Shown here one piece after another: positions 20,458 to 29,535 of a stretch of DNA of 64,000 nt (positions are counted from its first letter, which is position 1; each line of letters opens with the position of its first letter). The notes beneath the pieces were generated by a model. The model saw only the letters and a list, made by a program, of their open reading frames with translations. It searched no databases and was not told where the DNA came from. Origin of the DNA: Gemmatimonadota bacterium (GTDB lineage: Bacteria; Gemmatimonadota; Gemmatimonadetes; Palauibacterales; Palauibacteraceae); contig OY762926.1 in NCBI GenBank assembly GCA_963666735.1, forward strand, positions 2,400,001 to 2,464,000, written 5' to 3'. The translations under genes were made by a program, and so were the position numbers.

Positions 20458-20486
20458 TTGACAGCTCTGGCCCGCTTCCGTAGAAT
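20458..20486 (+). promoter_or_regulatory. Near-consensus sigma70 promoter upstream of P3
   Basis: TTGACA, 17 nt, TAGAAT, directly abutting the IS1380 end. Confidence 0.7.
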
Positions 20487-20531
20487 TGTCGTCGCTATTC
20501 AACTTAGTTTGTCTCGCCAATTCCGTGGAGA

Positions 20532-20765
20532 ATGCAGATGAACAAGGTCGCCTTCCGTTGGAATCGCCTGCTTCAGCTCTTGGGCCTGCTCCTGATCGCC
20601 GTGTTGTCAGTTGGCCCCGAAGCCGCGCGAGCTCAAGAAGCAGGCGACGACGACTGCTTTCAGTTATACGGTTGCGAAGTCTGTCCCGCTCAAGACCCGG
20701 ACTGCATCACATATGTCTGCCCGGTCGGTGACCCCAGGGGTGTGGGGATCCTCTGCATAGGATGA
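20532..20765 (+). CDS. Secreted cysteine-rich miniprotein P3 (75-77 aa, 6 Cys)
   Basis: GGAG RBS; signal peptide ending ARA|Q; C-x5-C-x2-C-x6-C-x4-C-x11-C; ATGA overlap with next gene. Confidence 0.8.
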   Translation: MQMNKVAFRWNRLLQLLGLLLIAVLSVGPEAARAQEAGDDDCFQLYGCEVCPAQDPDCITYVCPVGDPRGVGILCIG

Positions 20766-22561
20766 CTGCTGGATCGCGCAGTCCAGGGGATAAAGGGGAT
20801 GGTCGGTGGAACCGGGTCGTCAACATTGCGATCTTGGGAGTGCTCGCCATCCTGCTGTTCAATCCGTCGGGTGTGGTGGGAAGCTGGATCATCGCAGAGT
20901 ACAAAGAATGGCAGGAGCAGCGGCGAATCGCCCTGAACTGGCCGGAGTTGACAAGCGCATCGAGTTATCTTGGTCCGTCGCCTCTACAGGATGGTGCCGT
21001 CATAGTGGAGTTTGTGGACTATGACTGTCCCGCTTGTAAGGCGGTGGCTCCCGATGTCCTGGAGGGTGCTCGCGGCCGCGGCGTTACGGTGATTATGCGC
21101 CACGTCCCCTCTGAACGCGGTGGTCCGGCTGCAACGGAAGCGGCTCTCGCGGCGATCTGCGCAGAGCAGTACGGTCTGTTCCCGGAGGCGCATGGCGCGC
21201 TGATCTCGGAGGAGATGTGGCTGGAGACTCGAGATTGGGCGGGCTTCGCCGTCAACTTGGGAATTGGCGACCCAGAGTCGTTCGGCAATTGTGTGAGCGA
21301 GGAAGAAGCACCGCGGCGCCGTCTCGCCCGCGACGTGGAGTTGGCGGAAGTTCTGCGGATTCCCGGGACGCCGACCTTTGTCTCAGCCGAAGAGTTGCAC
21401 TTGGGGGCGCCGGGACTGGCGTCGGCGTTGGCCGCGGCTGCCCCGACGCGGCAGCACGCCCCGCGTCGTCCCTCGACCGACCCGGTCTTCGATTCGTCGG
21501 AGCACGGGGATCTTTCCGAGCGGCTGCTGTCCGTCAGAGCTGGCTTCTTCACGCCGGACGGTGGTCTCGTTGTGGTGGACCGCACCGAGATCCACATCAT
21601 CGACATGGCGTCCGGGGAGCATCGAGTGGTGGGGCGCAAGGGAGGGGGGCCGGAGGAATTCAGCCACATATCGCGGGCGGTTCGCACGTCGGAGGGTGTC
21701 GCCGTTAGCGACTACCTCAGACGTCGTATCGTGTCGATTGGGCGCGATGGCGGTTTTGGCCACTCCCAAAGCTACTCGGATGTTCCGCTCAACAGCCTTC
21801 AACCGCAGCTGGTAGCCCGTCATCCAGACGGCAGCACGGTCTTCCGCGACGTCGCGCCGCGCGTGCGGCAATCCGAGGGTCGATACTGGCGGCCAGCTCG
21901 GTACGTGGCGGTGGATGCCGACGGCGGACTTCGGGTGGTCGCGGAGACACCAGGCAACGAACGGTACTCCGACACGAGAGACAACAGTCCCGTGTTGTTT
22001 GGTCACCGGACATTGGAAGCGGCGACCGCAGACCGTCTCGTCGTCGCCGAAACTGACCGGGGATCCATCTCGGTACTCGACTGGAGCGGCGTGCCGGTCG
22101 CCGGTATTCCGATGCCGGCCAGCGTTAGGCTGTCCGCGGACCAGGTGCGGATGGGGCGAGAGTCCGCGGCGTCGCAGCGGCGGCAGGAAAGGGGGTGGCT
22201 CGTGGAAGCCGCGTTGGACGGCAGGTTCCCGTTCCCGCCGTCGGCCGTAGAGGAGCGACTCCTCTCCTTTTCGCCGGACTGGCCGGCAAACGAAGTGGCG
22301 CCCCCGATCGATGCGATGCTGACGGACTTCGATTCGAGACTCTGGGTGAGAGATTATCGGCTTCCCGGCCAGGATAGCGTAACGTGGCGAGTGTGGGACA
22401 TCGACCGGGAGCGGCTGCTGTTCACGGCGAGCATGGATGGTGAGGACACGTTGCTCGACGCGCGAGGCGACGTAGTGCTGCTGCGCCGATTGGATCCATT
22501 CGACGCTCACCAGGTTGTGGTTACTCCGCTTGGCCCCGAGCAGGCCAATGGGGGGACTTAG
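20762..22561 (+). CDS. Fusion of membrane-anchored DsbA-like domain and 6-bladed beta-propeller
   Basis: TM; EFVDYDCPAC; AICAEQYG; GTPTF; then GRKGGGPEEF, LWVRDY, DPFDAHQVVV. Confidence 0.8.
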   Translation: MTAGSRSPGDKGDGRWNRVVNIAILGVLAILLFNPSGVVGSWIIAEYKEWQEQRRIALNWPELTSASSYLGPSPLQDGAVIVEFVDYDCPACKAVAPDVLEGARGRGVTVIMRHVPSERGGPAATEAALAAICAEQYGLFPEAHGALISEEMWLETRDWAGFAVNLGIGDPESFGNCVSEEEAPRRRLARDVELAEVLRIPGTPTFVSAEELHLGAPGLASALAAAAPTRQHAPRRPSTDPVFDSSEHGDLSERLLSVRAGFFTPDGGLVVVDRTEIHIIDMASGEHRVVGRKGGGPEEFSHISRAVRTSEGVAVSDYLRRRIVSIGRDGGFGHSQSYSDVPLNSLQPQLVARHPDGSTVFRDVAPRVRQSEGRYWRPARYVAVDADGGLRVVAETPGNERYSDTRDNSPVLFGHRTLEAATADRLVVAETDRGSISVLDWSGVPVAGIPMPASVRLSADQVRMGRESAASQRRQERGWLVEAALDGRFPFPPSAVEERLLSFSPDWPANEVAPPIDAMLTDFDSRLWVRDYRLPGQDSVTWRVWDIDRERLLFTASMDGEDTLLDARGDVVLLRRLDPFDAHQVVVTPLGPEQANGGT

Positions 22562-22569
22562 CTAGCTAG

Positions 22570-24813
22570 TTAGATCACCTGGAACGTCACCCACTGGGAG
22601 ACCCAAACTGCAGTCAGCTCATCGCTGTTGCTCGCGGGCCGGAAGCGCATCTGCTCGACGACTTCCGCGGCGGCGCGGTCCAGCGCCTCGTTGCCGCTGC
22701 TCGTCTTCACTCTGTGGTTGACAACGGCACCCGACAGGTCGACGTAGAGCCACATCTCGACCCGGCCACCAATGCCCGCTTGCTTCAGGTCGCTCGGATA
22801 AGCTCTCTCGATCGCCTGCTGTATCTCGCCCCCATTCTGAAGAGCCGGGGGCGTGTCGTACCCGACGAAGGTCGGCTGGTCCGCCGGGGCATCGCTGTCT
22901 GCGGCGCCGCCCTTGGTCGTGATTGCAACCACGCCATTCCTGGCACGCTCACCGTACATCTCGACAGCCCGCTCGCCCTTGACGACGTCGACATGGTCGA
23001 TATCGAGAGCCTGGAGGTCTGCCAAGCTCGTGCCCTCGGATAGCATGACTCCGTCGACGATGATGAGCGGCGCCTCGTCCATTGCCGGCGTGACGAAAAT
23101 ATCCGGGGCCCCATCCTGGTCGAAATCCGCGATCAAGTTCTCACTCTCGTGGTCCGTGCTGTCCATCGCGCCGGTCTTGGTCGTGATTTCGACCACGCCA
23201 TTCCTGGCGCGCTCGCCGTACAGATCGACCGCCCGCTCGCCCTTGACGATCTCGACGTGGCCGATGTCGAGGGCCTGTATGTCTCCCAGGCTCGCGCCCT
23301 CGGATAGCATGACTCCGTCGACGATGATCAACGGATTCAGCGCCTGTCGGACCGTTGGGTGCAGCCACAGATCCGCATCGTCCCCGTCAACGGGCCGGCC
23401 GTTGAGAAGGATGTCGCGCAACTCCAAGGGTTCCTCGGTCTGAGGAGGACCGCCGTCAACTGGGATCATGTCCCCAACCTCGAAGGTGACCCACTGGGAG
23501 ACCCAGACGTCGGTCGGCTGGTCACGGTTCATCGCGGGCTCGAAGCGCATCGTCGCGACCACATCGGCGGCGGCGGCGTCCAGAGCATCGTGGCCGCTGC
23601 TCATCTTGAGTTCGGAGTTCCGGACCACCCCGGACGCGTCGAGGTACAGCCACACTTCGACTCGGCCGCCGATTCCCGCCGTCATGAGGTCCCGCGGGTA
23701 GGCGTCCTGGAGGGCTAGCATCACAGCCCCGGCGTTCTGCAGAACCGGCGGCCTGTCGTACGCGATGAAGGACGGCCGGTCACCGCGCGCCATGACCTCC
23801 TCGCCGGGCACCAGCGGAGGCGCCCATTCGCTGGATTCGGACGGCGGTGTCACCGTCGCGGCGGGCGGTTCCGGCGCGTTCACGGAAGTCTCGGGTCCGG
23901 GGCAGCCGAGCACGAAGAGGACGGCGACCATGACCACCCCCGAAGCCCCCAGCGTTCGGAGCGGACGCATGCTGGCCGCCGGCTCGGTCATGCGGCGCAG
24001 GCGTCGTTCCACGGCCGGCTTGCGTTCGGCGAAGGCGGCGGCCGCGAGCAGCGGGCCGGAGACGCGGCTGCCCACGGTGAGGAGGGCGTCCGCGTAGTCG
24101 CGCGGCGACTCCCCCCGCCGGAGCACGCGACGGTCGCAGTCGAACTCGATCGCGAGCCGCAGCCGGGACAGCTGCCACCACACGAGCAGGTTCCAGGGCA
24201 TCAGCACGAGGGCGGTGACCGCCGCGGCGAAGAGCCGATGGTCGCCGGCGCGCTGATGCTCCCGCTCGTGGAGAAAGACGAGGCGGAGCAGCCTGTCCTC
24301 GAGTTCGGGGATCCACTTCGGCATCACGACGATCGAGCGGCGGATGCCGACGACGGCCGGTCCCCGCTCGTCGGAGATCATGACCGGCGATCCCGCGACG
24401 CGGCCCGGCGTCCATGTCCGCATCTCCGACCGCAGCCGACCGTAGATCCGGCCCAGGTAGCCGACCATGGCGACGGCCAGGAGCACCCAGCCCCACCCCA
24501 GCACCGTGCCGACGGCCGCCCCATCGAAACCCCCACCGGCCTCCGCGGCCATCGCGGGCAGTTCCGGCGCCGCGGCGACGATCGCCGGACCGCTCAACCC
24601 GACCGCCGGCGCGGCGGACGACACCCCGAAGCCGGGGAGGAGTCCGGGAGCGAGGAAGGCGACGACGGGCACCGTCACGGATCCGGCGACCGCCGCGAAC
24701 CACGCCCAGCGCACGGGCTTGCGGAAGTGGCCCAGCGCCCGCTCCGAGGCGAGGGCGGCCAGGGCGAGGAGTCCCGAAATCAACAGGCAGTATCCGATCC
24801 AGGCGATGACCAT
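22570..24813 (-). CDS. BlaR1/MecR1 (M56) metallopeptidase fused to two TonB C-terminal and two plug-like repeats
   Basis: HEREH, PWN, EFDCD; two GIGGRVE.WLY...SSG..ALD.AA domains; two PLIIVDGV...YGERARNGVV.ITTK repeats. Confidence 0.9.
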   Translation of the reverse strand: MVIAWIGYCLLISGLLALAALASERALGHFRKPVRWAWFAAVAGSVTVPVVAFLAPGLLPGFGVSSAAPAVGLSGPAIVAAAPELPAMAAEAGGGFDGAAVGTVLGWGWVLLAVAMVGYLGRIYGRLRSEMRTWTPGRVAGSPVMISDERGPAVVGIRRSIVVMPKWIPELEDRLLRLVFLHEREHQRAGDHRLFAAAVTALVLMPWNLLVWWQLSRLRLAIEFDCDRRVLRRGESPRDYADALLTVGSRVSGPLLAAAAFAERKPAVERRLRRMTEPAASMRPLRTLGASGVVMVAVLFVLGCPGPETSVNAPEPPAATVTPPSESSEWAPPLVPGEEVMARGDRPSFIAYDRPPVLQNAGAVMLALQDAYPRDLMTAGIGGRVEVWLYLDASGVVRNSELKMSSGHDALDAAAADVVATMRFEPAMNRDQPTDVWVSQWVTFEVGDMIPVDGGPPQTEEPLELRDILLNGRPVDGDDADLWLHPTVRQALNPLIIVDGVMLSEGASLGDIQALDIGHVEIVKGERAVDLYGERARNGVVEITTKTGAMDSTDHESENLIADFDQDGAPDIFVTPAMDEAPLIIVDGVMLSEGTSLADLQALDIDHVDVVKGERAVEMYGERARNGVVAITTKGGAADSDAPADQPTFVGYDTPPALQNGGEIQQAIERAYPSDLKQAGIGGRVEMWLYVDLSGAVVNHRVKTSSGNEALDRAAAEVVEQMRFRPASNSDELTAVWVSQWVTFQVI

Positions 24814-24817
24814 GTCC

Positions 24818-25189
24818 CTACTCCTTCGAGCTGAGGCGTTCGTCCACCAGGCCGCGCAGGTTCTCGAGGTCCTCCTTCGAGAGCGCCCGGTCGGAGACGA
24901 GATGCGTGAGCAGCAGTTCCGGCGACCCCTGGAACATCTTCTGAACCAGCCGGCGCACCGCGCTCGCCCCGGCGCATTCCCGCCCGACGAGCGTGTGATA
25001 GCGGTAGGCCTTCCCCTCCTGGGTGTGCCCCACGTACCCCTTCTCCTCCAGCGTCCGGAGGATCGTGAGCACGGTCGTGTAGGCCAACTCATCGCCGAGG
25101 CGGTCCTGCACCTCCGCCACGGTCGAGGCCCCTCTCTCCCAGAGCACCGCCATGAGGTCGAGTTCCCGAGTCGTGAACTTGATCTCCAC
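24818..25189 (-). CDS. BlaI/MecI/CopY-family repressor
   Basis: RELDLMAVLW, LAYTTVLTILRTLEEKGYV; upstream of BlaR1-like gene. Confidence 0.92.
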   Translation of the reverse strand: MEIKFTTRELDLMAVLWERGASTVAEVQDRLGDELAYTTVLTILRTLEEKGYVGHTQEGKAYRYHTLVGRECAGASAVRRLVQKMFQGSPELLLTHLVSDRALSKEDLENLRGLVDERLSSKE

Positions 25190-25289
25190 GAGACCCGTCC
25201 TTTCGTCCCGAACCGTCAGCGTCGCCACCCGCGGCGGCCGGCCGTCGTCGAAGCGGCGGCGGGCCGAGCTGCGGCGTCGTTCCCGAGTG

Positions 25290-25332
25290 AGCGTAAACGC
25301 GCCGGGGCGCCGCTGTCAACTAGGTACGTAGT
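25290..25332 (-). promoter_or_regulatory. Promoter and putative BlaI operator
   Basis: TTGACA (25319-25314), 18 nt, TACGCT; imperfect palindrome ACTAGGTACGTAGT (25319-25332) abuts the -35. Confidence 0.55.
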
Positions 25333-25381
25333 AGAAACGTCCGAAGGACCCCGATCGGGACATGGGGCGGGACGCGCGGGT

Positions 25382-28300
25382 TTACGCGCGCAACCAGTTG
25401 TGTGCGAAACGCACGAACCAGGAGGCGCCGGCGGACCGCAGGAAGCCGCAGGCCTCGCGTTGATCGCCGGGCCGGTTGGGTGGGGAGTACGTGCCGGCCA
25501 GCACTCTCAGCTTCTCGGCGCTCAGCCTGTCCAGCTCGGCTGTATGATCCGCGGCTTCGATGAGACCGTCGACCGTGGCCCGGCGGTCGCGAGTCCCCAT
25601 CGCCGCGGCGCGAAACCAATTCACCAGGTAGAGGTCGTTCTCCCCCACCCCATCGGAACCATCCCCTATCCGTTCGAGGCAGGCCTCCACCTCGCTCTGA
25701 TTGTCATCGGTCATCGCCAGCAGGCCGGTGAGTGCTTGCGCCTGCGCTCCGAACGGATGTTGACCCATGTGCCCGGGACACCGGAGCAGCCGCTCCATGT
25801 ACCGTCGACAAAGAGCGTAGTCCCCCTTGAAGAAGACGCACTCTGCCTGATTCAGCAGGGCGCAGGCTCGGGCTTCGGGTGGACTCTCGAGCGCCTCGTC
25901 CATCTTGCGGCAGCGACCGAGTTCATCGAGCGCCCGCTCGAAGTTGCCGAGTTCCAGCAGCACCGCGCCCAGGTTGTTGAGGTTCACCGACTCGTGGCGG
26001 TTCCCGTTGAGGATCCCGGAGGCATCTTCGAGCAGCCGGAGGGCATCGTGGAGACGCGCGCCTCGCATCGCCACCCAGAACTCGGCGGCAGTGGCGGCCC
26101 TGAAGCCCTCGTAGCCGAGCCAGTTGAGCTTGTGGCGGCAAGTCTCGAGCACCAGGCGAGCCTCCGTGAGACCGCTTTGACCTCCGACCTGCTGGAAGAG
26201 GAGCCGAAATGCATCGCACCAGACGCCCGCGTGGCGGGCATCCTCCTGGACGATCCCTCGGAGATGCGTGCGGATCCTCTCGACACCGGGCTTCCCGGTC
26301 CGCCGGAGCGTAGCATCCGTTGCCTCGAGTACGACCATCTGCACGGTCAGCGCGCGGATGAGCGCCGGGTCGGTCGCGTGCCCGCGAGCCTCCTTCAGAT
26401 TCCGTCGGTGCAGACCCGTCGCGAGTCGGTCTCCCGACGCCACCGCCGCCCGCGCCAGCGCCAATTGGACGCGGCTCAGGTCGTTCCCGGTGTCCGCGAC
26501 AGCGGCAATCTGGTGCAGCACGCCCGCGGCCCGTCGAAACCGGCCTCGCTGAAACTCGGCTTCCGACAGGAGGAAGCCGGAGCGCAGACGCTCGGCTCCG
26601 GCCGTGGCATGCTCGAACGCCAATGCCGCCGCCCGACCCGCGACCGGCGATCGGCCTTCCCGCAAAGCCCGCTTCGCCACCTTGCAGGCCAGACCGAAAG
26701 CACGGGAGGACTCTCCGGCCGCGGCCAGTTCGGAGGCGGCCGCCGCACGCGCGCCGAGACCAGCGTTCTCAAGGGCTCGAGCCGCTGCCAGGTGCACCTT
26801 CGTTCTCTCGTCCGGCTGCAGATTCCACGCGAGCACGGCACCGGCCAGCGGACGGCTCAGCGTCCATTGGTCGGTCTCGGAGTGTAACCAGCCCTTGGCC
26901 CGGAGCCCTTCAAGAGCCTCCCCGCTCGAATGTCCGGCCACGATCACATCGCCGTGGGCGCGCGCCGCGCGCGTGAGCAGCGCCAACGTCGTCGCCAGCC
27001 GTCCTTCACGGCGCGAGAGCGCGGCCAGTTGATCGCCGACGAGCGACCGAACCTCGGCGGACCGCTCATACGCCAATCGTCCGCCCGATTCCCGGTCGCT
27101 GGCTGTCGCAGGGCTGAAGTTGTGGCGCATCCACGCCCTGAGGATCGCCCGAGCCAGAGCCGGATTGCCTCCGGAGAGCCTCGCGCTCTCGACCGCCTGG
27201 TGAGGACCGCAGCCCGTCTCGGTCGCCGCAAGCGACACCGCGCACGCTTCGGTGGTGAGTGGATCGAAGTTGATTACGAAGTCCACCAGACGGGCGGCTT
27301 CCGCCTGCCGAGCCACGTCCGGGTCCGAGAAACCGACGACCATGGCGCCTGATGGATCTGCTGGATCTGCGGTCCGCATGACCTCCTCCACGGCGGCCCA
27401 ATCCCGAACATCGGCTCTGATCACGATGAGCCGCGTCTTTCGGGGGTAGCGGCGCAACTCCGAGGCCAGCTTCTCTCGCGTCCCTGCCAGGTCCGGCGGA
27501 AGCCACTGCACCAGCCCTCCACCGCCGCATACGAGCGCGGCGAAGTTCCGCACGACGTTTTCCCTCCCGGAACCGCGCTCGCCGGCCAGGACCAACCGTA
27601 CGGGCGCGGCGCCGGATGCACGGCGAGCGACCCTCAGTTGGCGGAACTCTCCTCCTCGATCCGACATCCGCGGTTCGTGGCGCTCGCGGACGACCGGAGG
27701 CGCGGCGTCCAGCTGGCTTCGAGCCCACGCCGCCGTTTCCGTCAGCTTCGTGGCGCTGGCGACCCATCCGCATTTCTCCAGTGCTCCGTAGTATGCAAGG
27801 GCGGAGGCGTAGTCGCCCTTCATGCCCAATGCACGCATGAGAGTGCTGTGCGCGTGCTCGTCGAACTCGTTTTGCCTCACGAGCCGGAGCGCGGCCAGAC
27901 ACGTCCGGTCCCAGTCGCCGCTCTCCTCGGCGGCTTGCTGTACGTTCTTGAGCGCCATGGCGACCAGAACGCGGCAACGCTCCCGTTCGCCGTCCAGCCA
28001 GCGCTCGAACTCGTCGGCTCCCAGGTTGAGCAGGCCGGTGGCGAAGTCTCCCCGGCACAGATCGATGACGGTCTCGTGATCCCCGTCCTCGAACGCCCGT
28101 TCGAAAGCATCGAGTTCGTACGTAACCCGCCGCGGTATGAGCCGGACCGTGTTGACGTCCACCGTGATCACCGGACCCATGGACGACCGGATGTCGTATA
28201 GTGCCTGGCTGAGCGAATGTCGCGCCTTCTTGTCGCGGCTGTCCCAGAGCAGATCGGCGAGCGTCTCCCGCATGTGAACGGCGCGGGGGTGCGCAACGAG

Positions 28301-28399
28301 ATAGAGCAGGAGGCCCATGTGCTTCCTTGACCGCAGCGAGATTCTTGCCCCCCGTGCGTCCGAGGCCGTGACCTCGCCGAAGCAGCGCAGCGTGAACAT
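25382..28399 (-). CDS. Large SARP/BTAD-domain regulator with degenerate NTPase region and TPR-like C-terminus
   Basis: RETLADLLW...ARHSLSQALY, FERWLDGER, DEHAHSTLMRAL; GERGSGRE in place of Walker A; LNNLG repeats. Confidence 0.8.
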   Translation of the reverse strand: MFTLRCFGEVTASDARGARISLRSRKHMGLLLYLVAHPRAVHMRETLADLLWDSRDKKARHSLSQALYDIRSSMGPVITVDVNTVRLIPRRVTYELDAFERAFEDGDHETVIDLCRGDFATGLLNLGADEFERWLDGERERCRVLVAMALKNVQQAAEESGDWDRTCLAALRLVRQNEFDEHAHSTLMRALGMKGDYASALAYYGALEKCGWVASATKLTETAAWARSQLDAAPPVVRERHEPRMSDRGGEFRQLRVARRASGAAPVRLVLAGERGSGRENVVRNFAALVCGGGGLVQWLPPDLAGTREKLASELRRYPRKTRLIVIRADVRDWAAVEEVMRTADPADPSGAMVVGFSDPDVARQAEAARLVDFVINFDPLTTEACAVSLAATETGCGPHQAVESARLSGGNPALARAILRAWMRHNFSPATASDRESGGRLAYERSAEVRSLVGDQLAALSRREGRLATTLALLTRAARAHGDVIVAGHSSGEALEGLRAKGWLHSETDQWTLSRPLAGAVLAWNLQPDERTKVHLAAARALENAGLGARAAAASELAAAGESSRAFGLACKVAKRALREGRSPVAGRAAALAFEHATAGAERLRSGFLLSEAEFQRGRFRRAAGVLHQIAAVADTGNDLSRVQLALARAAVASGDRLATGLHRRNLKEARGHATDPALIRALTVQMVVLEATDATLRRTGKPGVERIRTHLRGIVQEDARHAGVWCDAFRLLFQQVGGQSGLTEARLVLETCRHKLNWLGYEGFRAATAAEFWVAMRGARLHDALRLLEDASGILNGNRHESVNLNNLGAVLLELGNFERALDELGRCRKMDEALESPPEARACALLNQAECVFFKGDYALCRRYMERLLRCPGHMGQHPFGAQAQALTGLLAMTDDNQSEVEACLERIGDGSDGVGENDLYLVNWFRAAAMGTRDRRATVDGLIEAADHTAELDRLSAEKLRVLAGTYSPPNRPGDQREACGFLRSAGASWFVRFAHNWLRA

Positions 28400-28622
28400 G
28401 TTCTTCTCCCCTTGAAGATTGACGTGGCGCCAGAGGCTCCGGCGCCCGGAATCTACTTACGGGGGAGATATGTACTGGGTATCAACACGTTGCGCCACAA
28501 GAAGATATCAGGCGTTGGACAGGCTGTTCCGAGCCGACGCAGCTCCCCCAATAGGGGGAGTGGAGGGCCAGCCGTCGGCTACTTCGTCCAGATCACGGCG
28601 GGGCGAGGGTTCACGGGAGGGG

Positions 28623-28928
28623 CTACAGGGGGGGCTGGATTTCGTCCGGGGCCGCGAGACCCTCGTGGATCGCCTCCTCGATCTCGTCGAGGAGGTCCGG
28701 CCACTCGAGCGCGGGGTTCTTCGTCACGGTGATGAAGTTCTCGACGATGAGCAGGGCGCGAACCCCGTCCACCTCGAACAGGCGGGCGGCCAGCGGGTCC
28801 TCGGCGGCGGATTCGGGATCGAAATAGCTTCGGCTCCCCTCGCCCGGGATGTCGCGGTCGAGCACGAACTTCGCCGCGTGCGGATTCGGGGTTCCCTCGA
28901 CGGTGATCTGGATGCCGGGGTCTGTCAT
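28623..28928 (-). CDS. NifU/Nfu N-terminal (scaffold-like) domain protein, copy A
   Basis: EGTPNPHAAKF, PLAARLFEVDGV, NFITVTK...W. Confidence 0.85.
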   Translation of the reverse strand: MTDPGIQITVEGTPNPHAAKFVLDRDIPGEGSRSYFDPESAAEDPLAARLFEVDGVRALLIVENFITVTKNPALEWPDLLDEIEEAIHEGLAAPDEIQPPL

Positions 28929-29062
28929 CGGGTCCGGAGTTGGTGGCGGTGGATGCGATCCGTTTGAGTATCGGCAGGCTGGGCTTGCTCGCAAGGCCTC
29001 CTTGCCCGGACATCCTCCCGCGGGCACGATGCGAACGCGGACCCACCGACCCTGGATGATCC

Positions 29063-29535
29063 ATGATCGCTCACAGGCAACGCGGACTCGGCGCCGTCGT
29101 TCCGGTGGCGGCGCTGGCGGGCCTCGCGGGGGCCACCGCGGCGGCGGCGCAATCGGGCCCCGCCGGGCGGGCGCCGGATCGCGTCCTCGCCTTCCCCGCC
29201 CCGGTCGGAGAGGAACGGCTGGACGTGGACCGCGGAGCCGTGGGGGCCTGGCACCGGATCCGCAAGCTCGCCACGACGGCCAGCCTGCTCCACGTCACCG
29301 CCCACCCGGACGACGAGCACGCCGGCATGCTTACGCTGGCCAGCCGGGGGTGGGGCGCCCGGACGGCGCTGCTCAGCCTCAACCGCGGCGAGGCCGGGGC
29401 GAACGCGACCGGCCCGGAACTCTTCGACGCCCTCGGCCTCATCCGGACCCGCGAACTCGTCCTCTCCGGCCGCTACTACGGTCTGGACGACCTCTACTTC
29501 ACGACGGCGGTCGACTACGGCTACTCGAAGTCGGT
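29063..29535 (+). pseudogene. 5' fragment of the PIG-L deacetylase, truncated by IS remnant
   Basis: Near-identical to 34944-35416 up to DYGYSKSV, then runs into transposase sequence. Confidence 0.9.

Larger units (their letters stand above)
28554..29535. repeat. Copy A of segmental duplication (matches 33438-33484 and 34483-35416)
   Basis: 28602-29535 is near-identical to 34483-35416 (offset 5881); 28554-28600 matches 33438-33484. Confidence 0.92.
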
